From the NCBI GenBank assembly GCA_030646675.1, contig JAUSKX010000006.1, positions 1 to 44,828 on the forward strand: 44,828 bases of DNA. Reading direction: 5' to 3'. The stretch's first letter is position 1, and every line of letters starts with the position of its first letter. This document shows positions 1-8,164 of this stretch, in pieces. The position numbers and the translations under genes were made by a program. A model generated the notes under the pieces. The model was not told where the DNA came from. It did no database searches and worked only from the letters and a program-made list of their open reading frames with translations. The DNA is from Candidatus Azambacteria bacterium. Its GTDB lineage: Bacteria; Patescibacteriota; Minisyncoccia; UBA10092.

Positions 1-10
1 TCTTTTCGTA

Positions 11-90
11 CCAGGTAGTGAAACTTTGACAACACAATTGTTAAAAACAATTGTGTTAATGCTGAAAGCGGTCAAAGTTCTACTACCTGG
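11..90. repeat. Palindromic intergenic element, copy A
   Basis: 20-nt arms ccaggtagtgaaactttgac (11-30) and gtcaaagttctactacctgg (71-90) enclose an inner palindrome (aacacaattgtt...aacaattgtgtt). Related to the copies at 2874-2940 and 31664-31766. The nrnA stop codon lies inside the right arm. Confidence 0.8.
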
Positions 91-1045
91 AGTATTTTGC
101 CACGAGTTTTAGAGCGGAGTCAATTGAACCTTTGTGACGGAAACCCGCGGCGTAACGATGTCCGCCGCCGCCGATTTTTTCGGCCAATTCCGCGACATTG
201 AATTTTTTGTCGGGACGGCTTCTCAATCTTCCTCTGATTTTTCCTTGGCTTTCTTCAATCAGAAAAAGAGAAAATCGCCCGTCTTTTAAATCTTTTAGCT
301 GGCTGACAATGTCGGTTAAATCGCTTGTAGCCAAATGATGTTTGGATAAATCTTTTCTTTTAAGCCACGAGTAAATAAAATCGCTTTTATGATTGTGTTT
401 CAGGCGGCTTAATATCGCGCCATAAACTTTAAGAGCTTCAGTTTTTACTTGCCCGTTTAATTTATTGTCAATTTCAACCGGTTTGATTCCGAATTGTTTT
501 ACAAGAGAAAGAACCGTTTCAAGCGGCTTGGGATTATTGGTGTATCTGAAAAAACCCGTATCGGCCAAAATTCCAACAGTTAAAGCATAGGCGATTTGCC
601 GGTCAATTTTAAAGCTTATGGCGTTAAAATAATCGTATAATACTTCGCATGCGGATGAATATTTTGGATTTACTATGCCGAAATTGGCGCCCTGGTTGGT
701 TGATAGATGATGGTCAAAAACCAACAAAGGAATTTCCGGATATTTTTTAAAATAGTTATCCATCCCCAGCAAAATTTTTGTTCCATAATCAAGCCCTGTC
801 ATTAAATCAAATTTATGCTTGGGATGTTTTGATTTTATTGATTTTGCTCCGGGAATGAATTTTAACGATTCGGGGATAACGGAAGTGCACAAAAGATAAT
901 GCGGTTTTTTTATTTTTTTAAGATAAAAACCAAAAGCCGCAAGCGAACCGACGGCATCGGGGTCTGGCCCCTGATGGGTGATTGCCAAAATATTTTTGGC
1001 CTTCAGTATTATCTTTTCTATTTCTTTAAAACTGCTATTTTTCAT
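83..1045 (-). CDS. nrnA: DHH/DHHA1 family phosphoesterase (NrnA-like oligoribonuclease/pAp phosphatase)
   Basis: 320-aa ORF with a DHH motif (VFDHHLS) and a C-terminal DHHA1 motif (GGGGHRYAAGF). Overlaps the rbfA stop, so it is the last gene of the infB operon. Confidence 0.85.
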   Translation of the reverse strand: MKNSSFKEIEKIILKAKNILAITHQGPDPDAVGSLAAFGFYLKKIKKPHYLLCTSVIPESLKFIPGAKSIKSKHPKHKFDLMTGLDYGTKILLGMDNYFKKYPEIPLLVFDHHLSTNQGANFGIVNPKYSSACEVLYDYFNAISFKIDRQIAYALTVGILADTGFFRYTNNPKPLETVLSLVKQFGIKPVEIDNKLNGQVKTEALKVYGAILSRLKHNHKSDFIYSWLKRKDLSKHHLATSDLTDIVSQLKDLKDGRFSLFLIEESQGKIRGRLRSRPDKKFNVAELAEKIGGGGHRYAAGFRHKGSIDSALKLVAKYSR

Positions 1046-1391
1046 CTTTTATTTCTTCTCTTACTTCGTTCAATAATTTTTCCACTTCGCCGGCCTCTTC
1101 CGGATTCGTGTCGCGCTTGAAAATAATTTTCGGAACCGGACGGACTTTTAATTTTTTATTCAATAGCTGCTGGATTTGGTAAATCGTACGTTTTAGTTTG
1201 TCCATAATAGCGGTTGTTTCGCTAGTCGGGAATACGCTTATGAAAACAATAGCGGAAAATAAATTGGCGTGGGTTAAAACGCGCGTAACGGTAACCAAGA
1301 CTCCGGGTTTAACGTCCAGAAATTCAAATACAATTTTGCCCAGTTCTTTTTTGAGAAGTTCATTAAATTTTTCGGCGCGTTCCTGACCCAT
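1035..1391 (-). CDS. rbfA: Ribosome-binding factor A
   Basis: 118-aa ORF with an RbfA-like N-terminus (ERAEKFNELLKKELGKIV...). Sits directly downstream of infB, the classic order. Confidence 0.85.
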   Translation of the reverse strand: MGQERAEKFNELLKKELGKIVFEFLDVKPGVLVTVTRVLTHANLFSAIVFISVFPTSETTAIMDKLKRTIYQIQQLLNKKLKVRPVPKIIFKRDTNPEEAGEVEKLLNEVREEIKDEK

Positions 1392-2872
1392 TATATTTTT
1401 TTGAAAAACACGATAGTGTCGCCGGCTAATATTTTGGGGTCGCCGAAATCAATACCTATCCCCGTTTCGTGGCCGGCCTCAACTTTACCGATGTCTTTTT
1501 TGTCCGATTGCAAACTGGTGACTTTTCCTTTGCCGATTGCCGCGTCGTTTCTAAAAACTTCCAATTTCACGCCTTTCAGTATTTCTCCGGAAATAACTTT
1601 ACCGCCGACAATTTGTTTGTTTTTTTCCTGTCTGAAATTCGCCAAGACGCTAAGCCGTCCGATTTCTTCAATTTCAATTTTGGGCTTGAGTTTTTTTTCA
1701 ACGACGATTTTAGTCTGGTCCAAAATATCGTAAATAATATTTCCGGAAATCAAATTCTCTTTTTGTTTTTCGGTAACGATTATGTTCGGTTCGTTCTTTA
1801 CATTGAAGGAGAGAATAATGGCGCTGCCCATATCCGCCAATCTCAAATCGCTGTCGTTGATATTGCCGGCTTCGGCTTTCAACACTTTGACCCGGCCGTT
1901 CTCGAAAGAGATTTTTTCCAAACTTTCTTTAAGGGCTTCAACCGAACTTTGAACATCGGCTTTTATTATAATATTGACGGTGGCGATGGCGTCGCCAGGC
2001 GCGGCTTCAAATAATTTTTCAATAAACCCGCCTATTTTGGCGGCGGTTTTTAATGCCGGTGAAAAGGGGATTTCGGAAGTGGTAAATTTATCTCCGACAA
2101 GCGGCAATGTGGAAAAACCGATAACCAAAACTGGAGAAGAAAATGTGGCGCTTTCAATCGGTTTGCCCAAAAAATCCTCAAGCATTTTTATTTTACCGGT
2201 CGCTTCTCCGCTTAAAACATAATCGCCGGTTTTTAACGAGCCGTCCAAAATAAGAAGCGAGGCGACAATGCCGCGGCGAGGGTCCATATTGGTTTCTATA
2301 ACAATTCCTTCTCCCGGTTTTTGAGTGTCGGCTTTAAAATCATTTATTTCGGCCATGAGTTCAATCAAATCAAGAAGCTGCTCTATATTTGTTCCTTCTT
2401 TTGCCGAAATTTCAACCGATGGTATTTTACCGCCCCATGATTCGACCAGCGCGTCATTTTCGGTAAGTTCTTTTTTAACTTTTTCGGGATTGGCATCTGG
2501 CTTGTCCATTTTACTTATGGCGACTATGAAGGGCAGATTAGCCTCTTTAATATGGTTAAGCGCTTCAATGGTTTGCGGCTTTACGCCGTCGTCGGCGGCC
2601 ACGACCAAAATGGCGATGTCCGCGGCTTTAACGCCCCGGCCGCGCAATTTTGAAAACGCTTCATGGCCCGGCGTGTCCAAAAAAGTTATTTTTCGGTTTT
2701 TATAAACGATTTCATAAGCGCCGATATGCTGGGTGATGCCGCCGGCTTCGTGCTCGGCGACGGTTGTTTTCCTTATATAATCAAGAAGCTTTGTTTTGCC
2801 ATGGTCAACGTGCCCCATTATTACGACAACGGGCGGGCGATTAATTAAAGTTTTGTTTTTTTCATCTGGCAT
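1391..2872 (-). CDS. infB: Translation initiation factor IF-2 (short form)
   Basis: 493 aa with GTPase motifs GHVDHGKT, DTPGHEAF and SKMD. The long N-terminal region of enterobacterial IF-2 is absent. Confidence 0.93.
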   Translation of the reverse strand: MPDEKNKTLINRPPVVVIMGHVDHGKTKLLDYIRKTTVAEHEAGGITQHIGAYEIVYKNRKITFLDTPGHEAFSKLRGRGVKAADIAILVVAADDGVKPQTIEALNHIKEANLPFIVAISKMDKPDANPEKVKKELTENDALVESWGGKIPSVEISAKEGTNIEQLLDLIELMAEINDFKADTQKPGEGIVIETNMDPRRGIVASLLILDGSLKTGDYVLSGEATGKIKMLEDFLGKPIESATFSSPVLVIGFSTLPLVGDKFTTSEIPFSPALKTAAKIGGFIEKLFEAAPGDAIATVNIIIKADVQSSVEALKESLEKISFENGRVKVLKAEAGNINDSDLRLADMGSAIILSFNVKNEPNIIVTEKQKENLISGNIIYDILDQTKIVVEKKLKPKIEIEEIGRLSVLANFRQEKNKQIVGGKVISGEILKGVKLEVFRNDAAIGKGKVTSLQSDKKDIGKVEAGHETGIGIDFGDPKILAGDTIVFFKKI

Positions 2873-2873
2873 A

Positions 2874-2940
2874 CCAGGAAGTAGAAATTCGACAATAATA
2901 ATTATTATTGCCAGGCAAATGTCGAATTTTCACTTCCTGG
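2874..2940. repeat. Palindromic intergenic element, copy B
   Basis: Arms ccaggaagtagaaattcgaca (2874-2894) and tgtcgaattttcacttcctgg (2920-2940). Same arm consensus as copies A and C. Ends 2 nt from the infB ATG. Confidence 0.8.
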
Positions 2941-2954
2941 CATAACCCGAAAAT

Positions 2955-2990
2955 TGTACAACAAAAACCGCCTTTCTGCAAGGCGGTTTT
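2955..2990 (-). terminator. Rho-independent terminator after tRNA-Ser(UGA)
   Basis: Hairpin aaaaccgcctt/aaggcggtttt (2964-2990), followed on the minus strand by a T-run. Confidence 0.7.
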
Positions 2991-3006
2991 GAACCCGCGA
3001 ACAAAG

Positions 3007-3093
3007 CGGAGAGGGCGAGATTCGAACTCGCGAAGAGCTTGCGCCCTTAACAGTTTTCAAGACTGTCCCTTTCAACCACTCAGGCACCTCTCC
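3007..3093 (-). tRNA. tRNA-Ser(UGA)
   Basis: Hand-folded 87-nt cloverleaf with acceptor GGAGAGG/CCTCTCC, anticodon loop CTTGAAA, a long variable arm and T-arm GCGAGTTCGAATCTCGC. Confidence 0.9.
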
Positions 3094-3117
3094 GCTTTGT
3101 TAACAGTTTTCCAAAAA

Positions 3118-3378
3118 TTATTTATCGTATACAGCATGGTCGCCGATCGCAAGCAGCACAACTTCATTTTTTGAAAGATAAGAAAATACAATTCGTGTTT
3201 TATAATTTACATAAAAACTATACCGCCCGGCTAATCGCCCGTGCAGCCGATGCGCTTTGAGTTGCTCATGATTTCTCTTGTCTTTAAAAAGCTCTATTTT
3301 TTCAGTAGCTTCTTGCTGTAATCCGAGGTCAAGCCGTTTAAATTGTCGAATGAAAATCGGTTTGAAAGATACTTTCAC
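3118..3378 (-). CDS. Type II toxin, RelE/ParE superfamily
   Basis: 86-aa basic protein with a RelE/ParE-like C-terminal pattern (RLAGRYSFYVNYKTRIVFSY...LLAIGDHAVY). Lies 10 nt downstream of a ribbon-helix-helix gene. Confidence 0.65.
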   Translation of the reverse strand: MKVSFKPIFIRQFKRLDLGLQQEATEKIELFKDKRNHEQLKAHRLHGRLAGRYSFYVNYKTRIVFSYLSKNEVVLLAIGDHAVYDK

Positions 3379-3387
3379 GGTAATGAG

Positions 3388-3594
3388 TTATTTTATTTTT
3401 TTAAGCAAGTCCTTTAAATTACCGCGAAGAACTGGCTCTTGTTCGGCCTTGAGAACCGCCATTACAGCTTCTTCTTCAGCGAGAAGTTCAAGAGCGTGCC
3501 GGACAACCTCGGCCTTATTAGAACCGCGTTCTTTAGCTAATTTTTTTACCAGCTCTTCCAAATGAGAGGGAAGAGGCACAGATAGAGTAGTCAT
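3388..3594 (-). CDS. Type II antitoxin, ribbon-helix-helix (CopG-like)
   Basis: 68 aa with an N-terminal beta-strand plus two-helix pattern (TLSVPLPSHLEELVKKLAKERGSNKAEVVRHALELL). Paired with the downstream toxin gene. Confidence 0.65.
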   Translation of the reverse strand: MTTLSVPLPSHLEELVKKLAKERGSNKAEVVRHALELLAEEEAVMAVLKAEQEPVLRGNLKDLLKKIK

Positions 3595-3652
3595 ATATGT
3601 ATTATATTATAATATGATATTATAGTATATTTTTTCCGTTTCTTTGTCAATG

Positions 3653-3739
3653 CGGAGGAGGTGGGATTCGGACCCACGGACCCCTTTCGGAGTCAGCTTC
3701 TTAGCAGGAAGCTGCACTAGGCCGCTATGCGACTCCTCC
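3653..3739 (-). tRNA. tRNA-Ser(GCU)
   Basis: 87-nt cloverleaf with acceptor GGAGGAG/CTCCTCC, anticodon loop CTGCTAA and a long variable arm. T-loop is TCCGAAT (C at position 55). Confidence 0.88.
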
Positions 3740-3784
3740 AAAACTGCGATTATTCTACACTAGCTATTGAATTATGAAAAGAAT

Positions 3785-3813
3785 TTGACAAAGTTGATAA
3801 ATTGGCATATACT
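3785..3813 (+). promoter_or_regulatory. Sigma-70-type promoter
   Basis: TTGACA (3785-3790), 17-nt spacer, TATACT (3808-3813). Confidence 0.5.
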
Positions 3814-3845
3814 ATAAATATAGTAAAAAAAGGTGTTTTGGTATA

Positions 3846-3894
3846 GATTTTTGACAATTTAATACAAATTTTGCCTGAAAGGAGGGCGAAGAAG
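3846..3894 (+). promoter_or_regulatory. Conserved 5' leader, copy 1 (shared with 12698-12744)
   Basis: gatttttgacaatttaatacaaattttgcctgaaaggagggcgaagaag directly before the ATG. A 21-nt core, tgcctgaaaggagggcgaaga, is identical to the leader of the second radical SAM gene. Confidence 0.6.
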
Positions 3895-4533
3895 ATGAAA
3901 AAAATAACAATAATGATGTTGTTAGCAATTAGCTTTTGGCTAATCGCGACGGTCGCCCTCGCTGACCCTATGGTGTTTATCGTCGGGGGCTATGAATCAG
4001 AAACGAGTTATCTGGAAGATGTTCATGCGGCGTTTCCCGGGTCAAAAATCATTACTCCTCGGAAGTATGTGCCGATTAAATCGGCGGCAGTCGTCCTTCT
4101 GGAAGAAATGAAAAAAGAAGAGTGGGAAGTTAGCCAGGATGTGGTTTTTATAGCCTATTCCTGGAGCGGGTTGCTGGTTAGGCAGCTCGTAAAAGACAAC
4201 CCGGAGATAAAAGCCAGGATAATTCTTGTGGGGACTCCTTGCAGGAGCTACTGGTTCCTGCCGGAATTCCTCTTCCGCATTGAGGACGAAAGGAAAGATG
4301 TTCCTATTTTCGTTATCGCGGGGACGAAAAGCTCGGAGAAATGGTTTCTCCGAGACGGAGAGCCCAATGACGGGGTAGTGGAGGTGTCGTCAGCCTTGTC
4401 TGTTAAAGCTTCGGCCGTGGCGATTTTTCCGCTGGAACACTCGGACCTCCTCCACTCGGAGGAGACGATAGAACAAATGAAAACCTGGGCAACAATGCCG
4501 TTGCCCACGGTAATCGCAGTTTTATCACGATAA
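3895..4533 (+). CDS. Secreted alpha/beta-hydrolase (lipase/esterase-like)
   Basis: I prefer the ATG at 3895 (AGGAGG upstream) over the track's TTG at 3871. Signal peptide MKKITIMMLLAISFWLIATVALA. Putative nucleophile elbow AYSWSG, NDGVV acid motif and a late EHSDLL His. Confidence 0.55.
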   Translation: MKKITIMMLLAISFWLIATVALADPMVFIVGGYESETSYLEDVHAAFPGSKIITPRKYVPIKSAAVVLLEEMKKEEWEVSQDVVFIAYSWSGLLVRQLVKDNPEIKARIILVGTPCRSYWFLPEFLFRIEDERKDVPIFVIAGTKSSEKWFLRDGEPNDGVVEVSSALSVKASAVAIFPLEHSDLLHSEETIEQMKTWATMPLPTVIAVLSR

Positions 4534-4554
4534 TATCATCGTGATAATATATGT

Positions 4555-4587
4555 CCAGCCGGTGTGAAACCGGTTGGGCATTTTTTT
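4555..4587 (+). terminator. Rho-independent terminator
   Basis: Stem ccagccggt / accggttgg with loop gtgaa, followed by ttttttt. Confidence 0.75.
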
Positions 4588-4668
4588 ATGCAGTTATCCA
4601 CATCGCCCAAAATTTACAATTGCGTTTGTGTTATAATGAAAGCGTTGAATTTTTTAATAAAATAATTT

Positions 4669-6525
4669 ATGAACTTTTTTAAAAATAAGTTTCTTATCGG
4701 TGTTTTTGTTTTATTTATAACTATCTATTTTCTATCGGCTCCGATAGCGCGAGCCGAAGACGCTTTGTCTTTCTTAACCGGCGGGGCGTCTGATCTTATT
4801 AACGCTACGATTGATGTTTTGTCGGGAAGCATATCAGTATTTCCGATGCTTTTTGCGATAGGCGACCCAACTGCTTTTATAATTTGCTCCACAAGCACCG
4901 TGTTTTGTCCTAATGGGTCAGGCGGGTTAGCGCTAGCACCGGTAGCTACCGGGTCATCAGCAAGTGGCGCTTGTGTTTATGGAATCCCCACAACCTTCTA
5001 TGATTGGCAAATGAATACCGCGTATGGATATGCGGATTTTAATTATTATAACGGGACATACGACAGTGAAGGCACCGCTCTCTCTGTAAGCGCCGGGTCC
5101 AGTCCGCACTATAGCAATAGCGCCTGCACTAATGTCATGCCAAACCCGTATTCCCCGGCTAGCCCTATTACATACGCCCAAGTGCCAGGCGTGGGATGCG
5201 TGGCTATTTATCCGCAAGGTTATCCGCAATCTTTTCCGTATACGTATGATTCAAACCAGCAGGTGAAAATTTATCGCTACACCTTGCCGGCCCCCAGTGA
5301 CCAAGCTACATTGAACACCTGGTTTCTAAGCACTATAAGGGCGAATGGAGGTACCGGTTGGGAAACGTCAAGCGGCGACATTCCGACTTTTCTTAGTGAC
5401 CCATCCGATGCGGGGTTAGATTATTATCTTAATTCTCCTGAACCGACACCGCTAGCCACAGTGCCTTTCAGTACTTTATGCTCGGGAAATGTTTGCAAGT
5501 TTACTGACGCCACAGCGCCGGAGAATTCATATGTGGCATATACGGCTAAGGTTTCCGGGAATTACTCATTTGCTTTCAATAAGTATTATCCTTGCGGGTC
5601 TGAAGATTACAACTGCTACGATACCGTGTTTTTTACAAAAGAAAATAAATTCTTAAACACGGATAACGCGCCTAATACTGCTACATTTCCATATTCCACA
5701 TTAGGCAATGCTATTACCGGGCCGTATCAGACCGGCGCTTGTCCGCCTGCTACTGAATCACCTGCCTCTGATGTTCCGGCGACTCCTGCGACTCCTGCGA
5801 CTCCTGCGGTCCCTATTAACGGCGGATGGTCTGATTGGAGCGCATGGGGTGGATGTTCAGCTTCGTGCAATCAAACAAGAACCAGAATCTGCGCGAATCC
5901 GGCTCCGGCTAATGGAGGCGCAGATTGCTCCGGTTCCAGTACGGAGACTCGAACTTGCTCCGGCGGAGCCTGTATCCCAGCCCCCGGCAATTTTAATGTA
6001 TTTCCAGGCGGCCCTGCCTTGCCTAACTCAGTTTTCTTATCTTGGACCGCTTCCGACAATGCCACAGCCTACAGAATCTTAAGAGGTTCTCCGAGAGTAG
6101 ATATTACTCCATATCAATCATATCCGGCCCTGAATTATTCCGACACCACGGTGGACCAAAATACCAGTTACGTATATCAAATTGAAGCGTATAACAGCGC
6201 CGGAACCCAACGTTCCAATCTTATAAACATAACAACTCCGTTCCGCTCACCGACAATCAGCCTTTCCGCTTATCCAACTTCCACCTATCAGAATCAAATA
6301 GTTACTCTGACATGGACGACAACTGATGCTACTTATTGCTCCGCCTCGGATGCTTGGAGCGGGTCTAAACCGGTAAACGGAAGCGGAATTGTTCATCCAG
6401 CGTCTATACCAACAACATCTTATACCCTGTCTTGTTCCGGACCGGGCGGGACAACCGTTCAATCGGTGGCGGTTAATGTTACTCTTTTAGCTTTGCCCGA
6501 TTGGAGAGAAATAATTCCGAGGTAG
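4669..6525 (+). CDS. Secreted multidomain surface protein with a thrombospondin type 1 repeat, an FN3-like domain and an Ig-like domain
   Basis: Signal peptide, then a PATPATPATPAVP linker. TSR signature WSDWSAWGGCSASCNQTRTRICANPAPANGGADCSGSSTETRTCSGGAC. FN3-like segment follows (FLSWTASDNATAYRILRG...YVYQIEAYN). Confidence 0.7.
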   Translation: MNFFKNKFLIGVFVLFITIYFLSAPIARAEDALSFLTGGASDLINATIDVLSGSISVFPMLFAIGDPTAFIICSTSTVFCPNGSGGLALAPVATGSSASGACVYGIPTTFYDWQMNTAYGYADFNYYNGTYDSEGTALSVSAGSSPHYSNSACTNVMPNPYSPASPITYAQVPGVGCVAIYPQGYPQSFPYTYDSNQQVKIYRYTLPAPSDQATLNTWFLSTIRANGGTGWETSSGDIPTFLSDPSDAGLDYYLNSPEPTPLATVPFSTLCSGNVCKFTDATAPENSYVAYTAKVSGNYSFAFNKYYPCGSEDYNCYDTVFFTKENKFLNTDNAPNTATFPYSTLGNAITGPYQTGACPPATESPASDVPATPATPATPAVPINGGWSDWSAWGGCSASCNQTRTRICANPAPANGGADCSGSSTETRTCSGGACIPAPGNFNVFPGGPALPNSVFLSWTASDNATAYRILRGSPRVDITPYQSYPALNYSDTTVDQNTSYVYQIEAYNSAGTQRSNLINITTPFRSPTISLSAYPTSTYQNQIVTLTWTTTDATYCSASDAWSGSKPVNGSGIVHPASIPTTSYTLSCSGPGGTTVQSVAVNVTLLALPDWREIIPR

Positions 6526-6527
6526 TC

Positions 6528-7166
6528 ATGAGTTTGCCTGTCACAATCCATGGACATAATAAGACGCATAAATATTTGCTTTTGTGGGAGCAATATTTTC
6601 AAAACAACCAATCATTATTTCAGCTGGTTGTTATTGAGATGAAAAAACTAATTGGAATAGCGAATTTTACGATTTCCAAAATTCCAATTTATCTTGTTCC
6701 CGATGCCAATAGCAAAGATAAAGAAATTAGCGCCAGTTTTTCTTGGACGCCAAAAAAAAGTTTTATCAATATTGAAATTCCGCTGGGTCTTGAAGTGCCC
6801 AATGGATTTTTTCCGATAAGTATTTTAGCGCATGAGTTTTTTCATTTGATGTTGAGAAAAAACAAGAGTTTATTTTTAGAAATAGAAAAAATTACTCAAG
6901 AAAATGAGAAATTATTTGTTAGGTTATCAAAGGGCATGCCGAGTAGAATGTTTTTGGAAGAATTGCTGGTTAGTTCATTTATTCCGGAAGGATATCTTAG
7001 CGAAAAATACTTGAATACAAAGTCTCCTGTTGCTATTTCGAATCCCAAAGATTTGTTATCGTGGCGAAAACTAGTTGCGTTTAAATCGCGTGAAATGGCA
7101 AAAAATTATATCGACAATATTCAACAAATCGATAAAAAGTATTTGGAACATATAGTAGATATATGA
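6528..7166 (+). CDS. HExxH-motif protein 1 (putative zinc metallopeptidase)
   Basis: ATG at 6528 lies 2 nt after the upstream stop, with GAGG upstream. Motif ILAHEFFHLM. Its stop overlaps the start of the Cys-rich peptide gene (ATGA). Confidence 0.55.
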   Translation: MSLPVTIHGHNKTHKYLLLWEQYFQNNQSLFQLVVIEMKKLIGIANFTISKIPIYLVPDANSKDKEISASFSWTPKKSFINIEIPLGLEVPNGFFPISILAHEFFHLMLRKNKSLFLEIEKITQENEKLFVRLSKGMPSRMFLEELLVSSFIPEGYLSEKYLNTKSPVAISNPKDLLSWRKLVAFKSREMAKNYIDNIQQIDKKYLEHIVDI

Positions 7167-7306
7167 ATAAATCGGAGATTCTCATTATCCCCGATGCGGG
7201 AACACGCGCGAAGATCGCAGAAAAGATAGACCTAGATGACGCTGTTAGCGCACCGCCCTGCGACTGCACAGCGTGCGGTTCCTGCAGATGTACGCCATGC
7301 AAGTAG
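7163..7306 (+). CDS. 47-aa Cys-rich peptide, candidate RiPP precursor (absent from the ORF track)
   Basis: Hand translation gives MNKSEILIIPDAGTRAKIAEKIDLDDAVSAPPCDCTACGSCRCTPCK*. Six Cys fall in the last 15 residues. ATGA start/stop overlap with the upstream gene. A radical SAM/SPASM gene lies about 0.9 kb away. Confidence 0.6.
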   Translation: MNKSEILIIPDAGTRAKIAEKIDLDDAVSAPPCDCTACGSCRCTPCK

Positions 7307-7426
7307 CATGGCAACTCTGAGACCCGAGCATGTCTCTAATAAACTGCTTTTTCTTTTTTAAAATTTCTTAAATATCTTGTCGTCAAGCCGAAAATTTGAT
7401 AATATTTATTTGTAAACATCGAAAAT

Positions 7427-8131
7427 ATGAAGAATCTTCGCTTCTATTTCAATAAAAAACTTGATGCGTTAATGGTTGAGGAATTTCTTAAGGTAAGTGG
7501 AGGAGGAATAGACTTTGGTCAAAATATTTTTAAAATACATCCGCAGTTGAAATCGGTTAAATTATTAAACTTCCAACAGAGAAAAAAAACAATCAATGCT
7601 TACTTTAATAATTACTACCGAACCCATAAGGCAGTAATGCGATGCAGAATTAAGAACATACGAGACGCTTGGCCCAAGCACGAACGTGAATTTGTTGCCA
7701 TAACCGAGGATTTTTTCGGTAGTTTTCGGTTTCCCAGAGGAAAATATATTGCCTACGCTTCTATTCTTAATTGTAACCCGCGATTTTTGGACTTAAAAAC
7801 ATTCCAGTTTTTTTATGAAAAACCACTAGCCGATGCTATTTATACCATTGCTCACGAGCTTCTTCATTTTATTTTTTATGATTTTATTGAAAAGAAATTA
7901 AAAAAAGAGGTAAAACATTTATCAGAAGATCAATTATGGGACCTTTCAGAGATATTCAACGTTGTCGTTCTTGGGTCTCCGCGATACTGCCGTATTATCA
8001 ATCAAAAATTTGTGATTCCTTATCCCGATCATCGACGCTATATTAGTCAGTTTGAAAAAGCATATAAGAATTCCAAAAATGCCAAAGAATTTATTAGACG
8101 TGGCATAACTATCATAAGTGCAAAAAAATAG
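7427..8131 (+). CDS. HExxH-motif protein 2 (putative zinc metallopeptidase, same architecture as 6528-7166)
   Basis: 234 aa with motif TIAHELLHFIF. Has its own promoter-like sequence (ttgtcg...tgataat) upstream. Confidence 0.5.
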   Translation: MKNLRFYFNKKLDALMVEEFLKVSGGGIDFGQNIFKIHPQLKSVKLLNFQQRKKTINAYFNNYYRTHKAVMRCRIKNIRDAWPKHEREFVAITEDFFGSFRFPRGKYIAYASILNCNPRFLDLKTFQFFYEKPLADAIYTIAHELLHFIFYDFIEKKLKKEVKHLSEDQLWDLSEIFNVVVLGSPRYCRIINQKFVIPYPDHRRYISQFEKAYKNSKNAKEFIRRGITIISAKK

Positions 8132-8156
8132 CGGGAGAAGATTATTCTCCTCCCGC
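8121..8156 (-). terminator. Terminator hairpin between convergent genes
   Basis: Stem gcgggagaag / ctcctcccgc (8131-8156) with a T-run on the minus strand, downstream of the radical SAM stop. Confidence 0.6.
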
Positions 8157-8164
8157 ATGGTTCG

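Noticed and set aside
2905-3174. 60-aa (-) and 88-aa (+) ORFs from the track
   Set aside because: They span the terminator hairpin and tRNA-Ser(UGA) and have no coding signal.
7081-7314. 77-aa minus-strand ORF from the track, covering the intergenic region after HExxH protein 1
   Set aside because: It is the antisense shadow of the Cys-rich peptide gene. It has no SD and an odd composition, and it would overlap the 3' end of the 6528-7166 gene. The plus-strand 47-aa reading, with its ATGA coupling and Cys-rich core, explains the region better.
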